A DNA stretch of 64,000 nucleotides from an uncultured Alphaproteobacteria bacterium (lineage in GTDB: Bacteria > Pseudomonadota > Alphaproteobacteria > DATDPM01). Of this stretch, positions 45,343 to 55,853 are shown in pieces. The notes under the pieces are model-generated. The model worked only from the letters and a program-made list of their open reading frames with translations. It searched no databases and was not told the DNA's origin. The position numbers and the translations under genes were made by a program. Location: positions 67,105-131,104 of the forward strand of contig CAWJEX010000011.1 in the NCBI GenBank assembly GCA_963841995.1, in the 5' to 3' direction. Position 1 is the first letter of the stretch; every line of letters starts with the position of its first letter.

Positions 45343-46037
45343 TCGGACACTTTAACATCCGGCTTGATTGTGCGGCGGAGCTCGCGGTCGAACAGGATCA
45401 GCCGCGCGCCATGAATAAGAAGCGCGCACAGCGCGGTCGGTATCGCCCATACCGACAAATCGAATGGCTCGACGATAATGCCGGAGGTCTGCTGGAGGAA
45501 GCCCTTGATCAGCAGGATGGAGCTGATGGCGATGAAAATATCCTCACCGAAAAACAGAGCGACATTGTCGGTGGCGGCGGCGAAAGCGCGGATGCGATTG
45601 CGGACGGTATCGGAAAGCACGCCGAAATGCGTTTCGGCCGCGGCCTCGGCCATCGGCGCGATCAGTGGGCGCACCATTTGCGGGTGGCCACCCAGCGCCG
45701 TGAGGCCGACCGATGCCGTCAGTTGCCGCGCTATGAAATAGACGATGAGCAAGCGCCCCGTGGTCGCTGCGCGCACCTTGGCGATCAACAGGCGCGCGCG
45801 CTCTTGCAGGCCATAGCGTTCCAGAAGTCCGATCACCGGCAGGATTAGCCAGACCAGGCTGACATAACGGTTGTCATTAAATGCCTTGCCGAAGGCGGAA
45901 AGAATGTGAATGGGGTCGATGCCCGCCGCCAGCCCCGTAACGAGCGCGGCAGCGGCGATAACCAGGAGAGGGTTCTGCCGGATGAGAAATCCGGCGACGA
46001 CAACAGCGATGCCAAGAAGTGTGAGCATTTCGTCCAC
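45339..46037 (-). CDS. DUF969 membrane protein (putative 5-oxoproline transporter subunit; alternative start 46028)
   Basis: NPLLV, LPVIGLLERYGL, GGHPQMVRPL, FFGEDIF. Confidence 0.9.
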   Translation of the reverse strand: MDEMLTLLGIAVVVAGFLIRQNPLLVIAAAALVTGLAAGIDPIHILSAFGKAFNDNRYVSLVWLILPVIGLLERYGLQERARLLIAKVRAATTGRLLIVYFIARQLTASVGLTALGGHPQMVRPLIAPMAEAAAETHFGVLSDTVRNRIRAFAAATDNVALFFGEDIFIAISSILLIKGFLQQTSGIIVEPFDLSVWAIPTALCALLIHGARLILFDRELRRTIKPDVKVSE

Positions 46038-46055
46038 ACACGTGAGAGAGAAGCG

Positions 46056-46130
46056 TGGGCCCGGGAGGATTCGAACCTCCGACCAGACCGTTATGAGCGG
46101 TCGGCTCTAACCAGGCTGAGCTACAGGCCC
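46056..46130 (-). tRNA. tRNA with CAT anticodon, most likely tRNA-Ile2 (lysidine type); CCA not encoded
   Basis: Cloverleaf GGGCCTG-TA-GCTC..GAGC-C-GACCG-CTCATAA-CGGTC-TGGTC-GGAGG-TTCGAAT-CCTCC-CGGGCCC-A; paired G1-C72 and no GGG/CCC anticodon stem, so not an initiator. Confidence 0.93.
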
Positions 46131-46253
46131 GAAGAATCCCGTTGATAGCAGGAAATCCCGCAGGACAGAACGGCCGCGTGATGCCGTCTGCCGGCCCCAG
46201 ATTTGCCGCGATCATGCGCGATGCTGCGCTCGCAACGGCCGGAGAATTAGACA

Positions 46254-47000
46254 ATGAATTCGCCCAGCAAAATCATGTTCCGTGGCGCATATCTGCTCGC
46301 TCTGTGCTGCGCGATTTCCATTTTCAGCGTGTGCCTTGCGCCTGCTGCATTTGCCGCCGACGCCATGCCGCGCACGCTCTCTGTCAGCGGCGAAGGCAAG
46401 GTTATGGCGAAGTCCGACCAGGCGCAGCTTTCGGCAGGTGTGGTGACGCAGGCGCCGACCGCAGCCGCGGCGCTTGCCACCAACTCAGCGGCGATGAACA
46501 AAGTCTTCGCCACTCTCAAAGCGTTCGGCATTCCCGAGAACAAGATCCAGACATCGAATTTTTCGGTTACGCCGCAATACCCGCTCTATAGCCAGAGCAA
46601 CCCGCAGCCGCGGCGCATCACCGGTTATGAGGTGTCCAATCAGGTGACCGTCATTGTTGACGATCTGGGCAGGCTCGGCCCCGCACTCGACGCGCTGGTG
46701 AGGAGCGGCGTCAATCAGCTTGACGGCGTGAGTTTCTCCATTGCCAACCCGGCGCAGCTGGAAGAAAAAGCACGCCGCGCGGCCGTCGCCGACGCCATCG
46801 CTAAGGCCAAAGGCATGGCGCAGGCAGCCGGGATTGTGCTTGGGCCCATTTTGTCCCTTGAGGAAGGCATCAACGAAATGCCGCGACCGATGCCGATGCT
46901 GGCAATGCGTGCAAACCTCGCGGCGCAAGCGCCTCCACCGATGGCGGAAGGCGAACAAACAGTTTCCGCCTCCGTCACCATCGTTTACTTGCTTCAATAG
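46254..47000 (+). CDS. SIMPL/DUF541 (YggE/BP26-like) periplasmic protein
   Basis: Signal peptide, LSVSGEG.V...D.A, IQTSNFSV.PQY, GYEVSNQV. Confidence 0.92.
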   Translation: MNSPSKIMFRGAYLLALCCAISIFSVCLAPAAFAADAMPRTLSVSGEGKVMAKSDQAQLSAGVVTQAPTAAAALATNSAAMNKVFATLKAFGIPENKIQTSNFSVTPQYPLYSQSNPQPRRITGYEVSNQVTVIVDDLGRLGPALDALVRSGVNQLDGVSFSIANPAQLEEKARRAAVADAIAKAKGMAQAAGIVLGPILSLEEGINEMPRPMPMLAMRANLAAQAPPPMAEGEQTVSASVTIVYLLQ

Positions 47001-47032
47001 ACGAAGGAAGAGGAACAAACCTAGCTCGGAAT

Positions 47033-47074
47033 AAAAACCCCGCCGTTCAGCTTGGACGGCGGGATTTCGCTTTT
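47033..47074. terminator. Bidirectional intrinsic terminator between convergent SIMPL and pepF
   Basis: cccgccgt-N9-acggcggg flanked by aaaaa and atttcgctttt. Confidence 0.75.
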
Positions 47075-47083
47075 GAATATCCT

Positions 47084-48986
47084 TTACTGCTGTTTTTGCA
47101 ACGCCTCGATCTCATCCAAGATATGGCTCATGCGCGCGACAAGCTTCTGATACGGCTCAGGGCTAGCCATATCGATGCCGGCTTTCTTGTACAGATTGTA
47201 GGGGTAGTCCGAGCCGCCAGCTTTCAGCATGGCGATGAAACGGTCGCGCGCGGGTGTGCCCTGGCTGATGATGTCGTCGGTTAATTGCGCCGCGCCCGCC
47301 ATCGAGGTGGCGTATTGCCATACATAGAAGCCGTAATAGAAGTGCGGGACGACTGCCCACTCGGTACAATAGGTGGGATTGATCTTCGTCACCCCTTCGG
47401 CTTCGCCGTAATATTTCTTCACTAGGTCGCAATACATGGTCGTCATCCGCTCGCCCGACAGCGGGCGGCCCGCTTCCAGCTCCTCGTGAATGGCAAGTTG
47501 GAATTCAGCGAACATCACCTGGCGGAAGAAGGTGGTGCGGATCGATTCCAGCCCCTGCCCCAGATAATAGAGCTTTTCTTCGTTGTTCTTGGCATGCGCG
47601 ACCATATAGTCGTTCAGCATCATCTCGTTACCGATCGAGGCCGTTTCGGCAACGAAGGTCGAATAGTTCGACTTCTCGAAGGGTTGCGCACCATGGGTGA
47701 GCATTGTGTGCACCGCATGGCCCCATTCATGGGCGATTGTGGAAAGCGAATTGTAATCGTCGTTGTGGTTGAGCAGCAGATAGGGATGAACGTCATAGGC
47801 CGAGCCGTTCATATAGGCGCCCGAAGCCTTGTGTGGCTGTGGATAGGCGTTCATCCAGCGCCCGGCAAATCCCATCTTCAGCAGATCAAGATATTCGTCG
47901 CCATAGGGCTGCAACGCATCGATGGTGATGCGTTCGGAAATCCGCGACCGAAAATTTGGGTGGGTTAGCGAGCTTAAACATGTTGGGATACATATCCTCA
48001 TAGCCCAGATCGTCCTTAATGCCGAGCATCTGCTTTCTTAGCTTCAGATAGCGATAGAGCACGGGCAGGCCTGCGTTCGCCTGAGCCACCAGCGTGCGGT
48101 AAACCGCATCGGGCATGTTGTCGGCAAAGGTGGCCGCTGCCAGCGCACTCGGGAAGTGACGCACCTTGGCGTTGAACTCTTCGGTCATCACCTGCGTGGT
48201 CAGGGTTGCGCCGAAGGTGTGCGCGTAATTCTGATAGGCGCCATAGAACGCATCGAATATCTTTCTGCGGTCGTTGCGATCCTCCAGCTGGCGATATTTG
48301 GTGAAAGCAGCGTCACTAAGTTTCGCCTCCGTGCCGTCTGACAATTTAACGGTGGGAAACTGCAGATCGCTATGCGCGAGCTGGTCGCGGATGTTGTCAG
48401 GTTGCTGCATCACATCGCCTGCAGCGGCGATGACACCTTCGGATTCGGCACTCAGTGTGTGCGGCGCTGCGCGCAACGTATCGGCGAGAAAGAAATCGAA
48501 GCGCGAAGCCAATTCTTTGTTGCTTTTTTCGAATGCCCCAACCTTCTGCGCTCCCACTTTCAGGATTTCCGGTGCTAGCCACGCGGTCTTTTCGCCTGCT
48601 TCGGTAAACAGCGCTTGAGCGAGCTGGCGACGTTCCTGACTCGCGGAATTGCTCAAATCCTCGTCGCCCTTGAGGCTGGCATAGACATTGAGCCGTGCGG
48701 TTTCTTTGTTGACTTCGCTAATAGCGGAAAGCGCTTTCAGCATCGCGGCCGCACTTTTGCCCAGGGTGCCCTTGTATTGATCGAGCTTGTCGGTCTCGGC
48801 CTTGATTTTGTCGTGCTCGGCCGTCCAAGCCTCGGGCGTGGGATAAAGATCGCTTAAATCCCAGACATATTTCTGATCGGGATTGGCCGCTGCCGCATTA
48901 TCAGCGGCGTTCGTGGAGCTCGTGCCAAGCAGAAGTACCGCGGCAAACGCAATCTGTGCGGCAGACCGGTGGTGTAAAATCATCAT
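47084..48986 (-). CDS. pepF: Oligoendopeptidase F (M3B) with signal peptide; extra base near 47940
   Basis: WDLSDLY N-terminus; HEWGH zinc motif, FVAETAS, FRQVMFAEF, PHFY; two overlapping ORFs join at PKFSVAD/SERITID. Confidence 0.92.
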
Positions 48987-49207
48987 GGGCTCCCCCTTGA
49001 AAATTCGCTTCCGAAATCGGATTGCAACCTTAGCCAATGCGGGGAGCAATTCCAAAGCCGCGAGGTTACACCCGTGCAATCTGCGGTGGACTCTGCGGGC
49101 GTAAAAATTCCTTTGTATTTCAGTGGCCTGAAGGGCATTAAGTAAAACAATCAGCGACAACGCTTACCGGCCTATGCTTCACAACGCCGCGAGCAAAGGA
49201 GCCCCAA

Positions 49208-50032
49208 ATGAACCCCGTCACTCTTGTGCTGACTGTTATCTGTTTCTTCGCCGGCGCGTTTTCGGTGCAGTTCGTCGATCTTCGCCTTGGCATCGCGTTC
49301 TTTGCGCTTGGGCTTTTCATTTCGCTGGCGCTGAAAATGGCGAACCAGTGGGAAAGATTCGTCATCCTGAGGCTTGGCAAATTGCAGAGCGTCAAAGGGC
49401 CCGGCCTGTTCATGATCATCCCCATTGTCGATTCCGTGACCGCGATCATCGACGGGCGCATCCAGACCACCGCATTTTCCGCCGAACAAGCGCTGACACG
49501 CGACACCGTGCCGGTGAATGTGGACGCGATTATCTTCTGGCAGGTGCATGACGCGCAAAAGGCTGCGCTCAACATCACCAATTACCGCGAAGCTATTGAC
49601 CGCGTGGCGCAAACGAGTTTGCGTGAAACTATCGGCTCTTCCATGCTGGCGACGCTGTTGTCCGATCGCGAGGAAGCCGATGCGCATTTGCGCGATTCCA
49701 TCGGACAGAAAATCGGCGAGTGGGGCATTACGGTGCGTGCAGTTGAAATCCGCGATGTGGCGATTCCCGTGGCGTTGCAGGACGCCATGTCTCGCCAGGC
49801 GCAGGCCGAGCGCGAGAAGCAAGCGCGTGTCATCCTGGGCTCCGCCGAAGCGGAAGTGGCGGCGAAGTTCGTCGAAGCTGCTGCGACCTATGCCAACAAT
49901 CCGGCGGCACTGCATTTGCGCGCTATGAACATCATCTACGAAACCACCAAGGAACGCGGCGCGACTATTCTGATCCCAAGCTCGATGGTGGACAGTTTGA
50001 ATCCCACCACTTGGCTTAATAAAGCAAAATAA
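49208..50032 (+). CDS. SPFH/stomatin (slipin) family membrane protein
   Basis: QWER.VILRLG, GPGL..IIP.VD, LTRDTVPVNVDA, AMSRQAQAERE. Confidence 0.93.
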   Translation: MNPVTLVLTVICFFAGAFSVQFVDLRLGIAFFALGLFISLALKMANQWERFVILRLGKLQSVKGPGLFMIIPIVDSVTAIIDGRIQTTAFSAEQALTRDTVPVNVDAIIFWQVHDAQKAALNITNYREAIDRVAQTSLRETIGSSMLATLLSDREEADAHLRDSIGQKIGEWGITVRAVEIRDVAIPVALQDAMSRQAQAEREKQARVILGSAEAEVAAKFVEAAATYANNPAALHLRAMNIIYETTKERGATILIPSSMVDSLNPTTWLNKAK

Positions 50033-50061
50033 CAACCGCCGATTCTAAATTGGGGTTGAGC

Positions 50062-51300
50062 ATGCGCATTGAAGCGCTGTCGGGTTGGACAAAAGCGCAA
50101 AAAAGTGTCGTTGTGGCGAGCTTCCTTGGCTGGACGCTCGACGCCTTCGATTACTTCCTGCTGGTGTTTGTGCTGAAGGACATCGCCGCCGAGTTCCACA
50201 CCGATGTCGAGACCGTTTCCTGGGCAACGTTTCTTACGCTGGCCATGCGTCCCATCGGCGCGTTTCTCTTCGGCCGCGCCGCCGACCGTTACGGCCGCAG
50301 ACCGGTGCTGATGGTCGACGTGTTGTTATATTCCGTGCTGGCTTTTGCTTCGGGTTTTGCGCCCGGTGTCACCGTGCTGCTGGTCATCCGTGCCCTCTTC
50401 GGCGTCGCCATGGGAGGCGAATGGGGCATCGGCGCCTCTCTCACCATGGAGACCATCCCGCCCAAAGCGCGCGGGCTGGTTTCGGGCCTGCTGCAATGCG
50501 GTTATCCCACGGGCTATCTGATCGGCTCGCTGGTTTATTTCGCGCTATTCCCACTTATCGGCTGGCGCGGCATGTTCATGGTGGGCGCTATCCCGGCGCT
50601 GCTTGTCCTTTATATACGCCGCAGCGTGCCGGAATCGCCTAGCTGGAAAGTGAAAGAGGACATTTTCGACGACACGATCGCCGTAGTGAAAAAGCATTGG
50701 CCGCTCGCTATCTACGCTGTCGTGCTGATGACGGCGTTCAATTTCTTCAGCCACGGCACGCAGGACGCCTACCCCACTTTCCTGCGCGTGCAGCACAAAT
50801 TCGATCATTTGACCGTCAGCACCATCCTGATCGTGTTGAATCTGGGTGCGATTGGGGGCGGGCTCTTTTTCGGATCCATATCGGAATGGCTGGGACGGCG
50901 GCGGACCATTATCATTGCCTCTTTACTGTCCTTATTGGTGTTGCCGCTGTGGGCATTTGCCGAAGCACCGCTGTGGCTGGGCGTTGGCGCCTTCCTGATG
51001 CAGTTCATGGTACAGGGCGCCTGGGGGGTTATCCCCGCACATTTGAACGAGCTGTCACCGCATCAGGCCCGCGGCACGTTTCCGGGGTTCACCTATCAGC
51101 TGGGCAATTTGTTTGCAGCCATCAATTTGCCTTTACAGACGGGTCTGGCCGCCCAATGGGGCGGCAATTATTCCTGGGCCCTGATGCTGGTCGCGGGGAG
51201 CGCTGCCATTGTTATCGTGTTGTTGACCGCCTTTGGCCGTGAAGCCAAAGGCGCGCTGTTAGGCGCGGAAGAACCTCCGCAGGCAGCCATGACGTTTTAG
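50062..51300 (+). CDS. MFS transporter, sialate/carboxylate:H+ symporter (SHS) family
   Basis: GWTLDAFD, GRAADRYGRR, MGGEW, NFFSHGTQD, GTFPGFTYQLGNL. Confidence 0.92.
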   Translation: MRIEALSGWTKAQKSVVVASFLGWTLDAFDYFLLVFVLKDIAAEFHTDVETVSWATFLTLAMRPIGAFLFGRAADRYGRRPVLMVDVLLYSVLAFASGFAPGVTVLLVIRALFGVAMGGEWGIGASLTMETIPPKARGLVSGLLQCGYPTGYLIGSLVYFALFPLIGWRGMFMVGAIPALLVLYIRRSVPESPSWKVKEDIFDDTIAVVKKHWPLAIYAVVLMTAFNFFSHGTQDAYPTFLRVQHKFDHLTVSTILIVLNLGAIGGGLFFGSISEWLGRRRTIIIASLLSLLVLPLWAFAEAPLWLGVGAFLMQFMVQGAWGVIPAHLNELSPHQARGTFPGFTYQLGNLFAAINLPLQTGLAAQWGGNYSWALMLVAGSAAIVIVLLTAFGREAKGALLGAEEPPQAAMTF

Positions 51301-51394
51301 GCTTTGCTGGGACCCTGGTTGCTCTTGCTTTTGCTGGGTCGCGGGTGATGTTGTGTGATTTCAATATGGGTCAAAGACCCATGAGGGGGTAGCT

Positions 51395-53660
51395 ATGCAC
51401 CGTATCGTCCTGCTCGCCAGCGCGAGCCTTATTTTCGCGGGCGCTTTGGCCGCGAGCGCAGCCGTTCCTGCACAGGCGCCAGACGCCGAAACGGCTCTCG
51501 AACAAAAATTCGACGAGGCCGTCCAGCCCAACGAGATGCGCGACTGGATGAAGCTGTTGGCAGCGCAGCCCAATCATGTGGGCTCACCGCACGACAAGGC
51601 CAATGCCGAAACGATACTCGGCTGGTTCAAGCAATGGGGCTGGGACGCACATATCGAGACGTTCCAGGTGCTATATCCTACGCCCGTTTCCGAGACGCTG
51701 GAGATGCTGGCGCCCAAGCCGTTCAAGGTCACGCTACAGGAGCCGCCAATCCCTGGCGATTCCAGCGCGACGGCAACCGATCCGGCACTTCCGGCCTATC
51801 TCGCCTATCAGGGCGATGGCGACGTGACGGCGGGCCTCGTCTACGTCAATTACGGCATGCAGGACGACTACAAGACGCTTGAAAAACTTGGCATCAGCGT
51901 CAAAGGCAAGATCGCCATCGCGCGCTATGGCCATGGCTGGCGCGGGTTGAAGCCGGAACTCGCGCAGGATCACGGCGCTGTTGGTTGCATCATCTACTCC
52001 GATCCGGCCGACGATGGTTATTCCGTCGACGCAACCTATCCCGATGGCCCGGCGCGGCCACCGCATGGCATCCAGCGCGGCTCGGTTGCGATCATGCAGA
52101 TCTATCCCGGCGATCCATTGACCCCGGGCGTTGGCGCGACAGCAGACGCGACACGGCTGGACAGATCGCAGGCGCAGACGCTGCTGAAGATTCCGGCGCT
52201 ACCGATTTCCTATGCCGACGCGCAGGTACTGCTGGCAGCGATGGGTGGCCATGTGGCGCCGCCGGAATGGCGCGGCGCGCTGCCGATCACCTATCGGGTC
52301 GATTCCGGCAACACGATGGTTCATCTCGCAGTCAATTCCGATTGGAGCCTGAAAACAATTTATGACGTCGTCGCGATGATGAAGGGCTCGACCTATCCCG
52401 ACCAATGGGTCATGCGCGGCAATCATCATGACGGATGGGTGTTTGGCGCCAGCGATCCACTTTCGGGCCAGGTGTCGCTGCTCGAGGAAGCACAGAATTA
52501 TCGGCGGCCTGGCGAAGCAAGGTTGGCAGCCCAAACGCACGCTTGTCTATTTGAGCTGGGATGGAGAAGAGCCGGGGCTGTTAGGCTCGACCGAATGGGT
52601 GGAAACCCATGCCGACGAGTTGAAGCAGAAGGCTGTGCTTTACGTCAATTCCGACACCAATGGCCGGGGACATTCTTAAGATCGATGGCAGCCATGACTT
52701 TCCAGCATCTAGTGAATATGGTCGCCAGCCGACGTGATCGATCCCGAAAAGAACGTCCCTGTCGGCCAGCGCCTACGCGCCAAGCTGCGCCTTGACGCAC
52801 TCGCGCCGGATGCCAAGCCGCACGTAAAGGAAGAGGCCAAGATCGCGGCTAACCCCACAAAAGATTTCCCCATCGAGGCGATGGGTTCGGGCTCGGATTA
52901 TGCGAGCTTCATCGAACATCTGGGCTTGCCTGCGCTGAATATCGAGTATGGCGGTGAAGGTAGTAGCACAGGCGTCTATCACTCGCGCTATGACACTTTC
53001 GAGCACCACAGCCGGTTCGTGGATCCAGGCTTTGTTTACGACGGACTTCTAACGAAGACGATTGGGCGCGTGGTGTTGCGTACGGCCGATAGCGATCTGC
53101 CGTTGCAGCGAGCAAGCGGTTTCTCTGACGCGATCTCGGATTACCTCGCCGAAATCAAAAAATTGATCAAAGACAAGAGCGAGGAAGCTGAAACACAAAC
53201 GAAATTGCTGCGCGATTGAGCCTTCGCGCTGGTGGCCGACCCGACCAAATCGAGCGGCCAGCCGACGGCATTACAGCCTGTGCCGAAGATCGATCTTGCG
53301 GCGCTGGAAAACGCAACCAACAGACTTAAGCGTAGCGCCAAGGCTTATGACGATGCTTTCGCCAAGAACGCCGCGCGGCTTAATGCAGGCCAGCAAGCCC
53401 GCCTGCAGGCGCTGATGCGCGATATCGATCAGACGCTGGCGCCTGCCATCGGCCTGCCCGGCCGGCCCTGGTACAAGAATCTGATTTACGCGCCGGGACG
53501 CTTCACCGGTTACGAGACCAAGACCTTGCCCGGCGTGCGCGAGGCGATCGAGGATCAACGCTGGGCGGATGTCGATCGTTACGCCAAGTTCACCGCGGGT
53601 GCGCTTAATGCTTACAGCAAGCGGCTGGATCAGGCGGCGGCGCTGCTCATGGGAAAATGA
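51395..53660 (+). pseudogene. M28 peptidase (glutamate carboxypeptidase II / transferrin-receptor-like), broken by several indels at ~52490-52740 and an in-frame TGA at 53217
   Basis: PA domain YVNYG and IIYSDP, GNHHDGWVFGA, WDGEE, GSGSDY, YHSRYD, C-terminal GLPGRPWYKN. Confidence 0.85.
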
Positions 53661-53704
53661 GCCGGGCGTGGCTCATCTCAGGAGGTTGCGGCTGCGAGAA
53701 ACAG

Positions 53705-55381
53705 TCAGAAGACCACGCGCTGATAGGTGATCTCTTGGGCGATCTTGGCGAACGTGCTGATGATTTCGCCCGACGTCGTCAGATCGAAATACTTATTTGA
53801 ATCCGTGGCACAGGCCTGCAGCACAGCCGAATTTCCTTGCGTCCCATTGAGATCGACGAAGACCGTATAGATGGTGACGCCAGCCGCCTTGGCGTTGTTG
53901 CAGGCCAACGTCATGCGTGCGTCGACCTGTGTGCTTTGATCGGAGCCATCGCCATACCAGCGGTCTTGCGTGTTCAACCCGTCGCTCAGCAGTATCATCA
54001 CCTGCCTGATCTTTTGCGGCGCAGGTGGCGGCGCTGGCGGTTTAAGCGGATTGCCTTGTGTCATGGCCTGCCAGCCCCAGGCCAAGCCAATCGTCTGATT
54101 GGTCGAGCCGCCAGCCGACATGGCATTCACCTGGCTGGTCAACGATATCCAATTGTCGCTGAGCCCGCCAAGCACGCTCGGCACACAGGATTGTGCGTTC
54201 TCGACCGGGAAGTTCGGGTAGAGACCTGGCGCGGCATTGGACACATCATAGTCTTGCGGACGATCCATAACGCAGCCGTTCCAAGTATTGTGGGCGTTTG
54301 CGACCCAAGTGTGGGTATAGGTTGGCTGCTTGCAAACCTTGCTTTTGCCACTTCCCGTGCATGAACATGCAGTGCTATGGCCGCTGCAAGAGCATGAACT
54401 TCCTGTGCAAACAGTCACAATCGTTGAGGTCTGCACGCTGTTGTAACAGCCATTGTAAAAGTGGCCGAGCCTGCCGGAATTTTTACTGCCATTGTCGACG
54501 CTGGGGCAGATGTAGCCGGCATAATTACCGCTCGAGGGCACAGTGCCCGCGCTCGAACTGCCGTTGGTTGGTGTGCTCTGGCACACATAGCCTTGACTGC
54601 TCGTGGTGTAGGGGCAGGTCGAGCCTGGACCGACATTAGCAAAAGAAGCGGGCGTGCCATTGGCGGGCGCCGATACCCAATCAGTCCAATCGATCCAGCT
54701 GGCGTTGACATTGGCAGTGCCGACGTTCACGTCCTTACTGAACGGAACTATCGCCACTTCCACGTCGCCAGGTGTAGTTACGGCGTTCTGCAATTGGGTG
54801 AGCAATTGGTTCGTAGCAGTCTTGAGGGCCGCTATCTTGCTGATGCCGCTGAAGTCAGTCTGGGTCATCGACCCGGTATTATCAAGCACCAGCGACACCC
54901 AGAGCTTATCCGTGGCGCTTGTGGCGATCGCGGTTGTTACGATACTCCAGTTGTTTACTCCGATTAGCGACAGAAGTGTCGTGGGCAACGCATTGCCGTT
55001 AGCGGCCGAACGCTTGACCGTGACCTGCACTGCGTTAAGTGGCGCACCGTTGGGCGTGAAGGTGCGCGTGTCGGTGTCCCAAAAGCCGGTGATGACATCC
55101 GTGTTAGCCAGCACGTCGCCATTGCTCGCCACGGGCATATTCTTGGCCGCGTATGTTTGGGCCATTTGAATGGTGTTGGCCGAATTCGGCAATTCCGTAA
55201 CGGCAGCAAGCGCCGCCGCGTCGGCGGTGGCCTGCATGATGGTGCGAACGCGCCAGGCATTGGCGCCATCGATGGCAAGTCCCCCCAGTGCCAGAAACGC
55301 TGGGATCAGACAGATTGCGAACACCGACGCCGAGCCACGCTCGTCGCTAGTTAGTTTACGGAAGGGCCGGAAGCAGATCAT
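53705..55381 (-). CDS. tadG: TadG-like pilus tip protein (Tad N-terminal, vWA domain, Cys-rich insert)
   Basis: DERG pseudopilin start, GLAIDG..MQATADAAALAA, MIDAS VLDNTGSM, GSTN, LLSDG. Confidence 0.85.
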   Translation of the reverse strand: MICFRPFRKLTSDERGSASVFAICLIPAFLALGGLAIDGANAWRVRTIMQATADAAALAAVTELPNSANTIQMAQTYAAKNMPVASNGDVLANTDVITGFWDTDTRTFTPNGAPLNAVQVTVKRSAANGNALPTTLLSLIGVNNWSIVTTAIATSATDKLWVSLVLDNTGSMTQTDFSGISKIAALKTATNQLLTQLQNAVTTPGDVEVAIVPFSKDVNVGTANVNASWIDWTDWVSAPANGTPASFANVGPGSTCPYTTSSQGYVCQSTPTNGSSSAGTVPSSGNYAGYICPSVDNGSKNSGRLGHFYNGCYNSVQTSTIVTVCTGSSCSCSGHSTACSCTGSGKSKVCKQPTYTHTWVANAHNTWNGCVMDRPQDYDVSNAAPGLYPNFPVENAQSCVPSVLGGLSDNWISLTSQVNAMSAGGSTNQTIGLAWGWQAMTQGNPLKPPAPPPAPQKIRQVMILLSDGLNTQDRWYGDGSDQSTQVDARMTLACNNAKAAGVTIYTVFVDLNGTQGNSAVLQACATDSNKYFDLTTSGEIISTFAKIAQEITYQRVVF

Positions 55382-55815
55382 GAGTTTGAGTTCAGTGCGG
55401 TTTCGTCGCGCATGGTGACCTTGGCGTCGAGGATGGAGTTGCTGAAGCCTCCGAAAGCGGCCAGCACGCCAAAGATGCTGGCATCCGATACCGGTAGGGA
55501 AATTTCGACCACATCATCGGTGCCCTGCGTCGCAGTTATGGTGTAGGGCCTATTAGGATATAGCAGCGCGCTTTGAGCATAGGTCTCCGCCGCGGGCGCG
55601 CTCAATTGGCCTGTCGTCATGCGGCGGACGGTATCGCGGGCAACACTCCACATGTCCGCCTGCATTAGGTAAAGCGAAGTCGCGTCCGCGATGAATCCCA
55701 TGATAACAAGAAACACAGGGATCCAGATCACGAACTCGACTGTTATGCTGCCGCTCTGCTCGCGGCCGAACCTGTTCAGGCGGGCGCGCTTGCGGCCAAA
55801 TCTTGAAATTCGCAT
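55378..55815 (-). CDS. tadE: TadE-like pseudopilin
   Basis: EQSG|SITVEFVIWIP, VARDTVRRM; stop overlaps the tadG ATG. Confidence 0.85.
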   Translation of the reverse strand: MRISRFGRKRARLNRFGREQSGSITVEFVIWIPVFLVIMGFIADATSLYLMQADMWSVARDTVRRMTTGQLSAPAAETYAQSALLYPNRPYTITATQGTDDVVEISLPVSDASIFGVLAAFGGFSNSILDAKVTMRDETALNSNS

Positions 55816-55853
55816 TTTACCCTACGCTGCCCCTCACACTTAATTTGTAAATT

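Noticed and set aside
46056-46130. tRNA as a genomic-island attachment site
   Set aside because: No integrase nearby, and no duplicated tRNA 3' end was seen in the window
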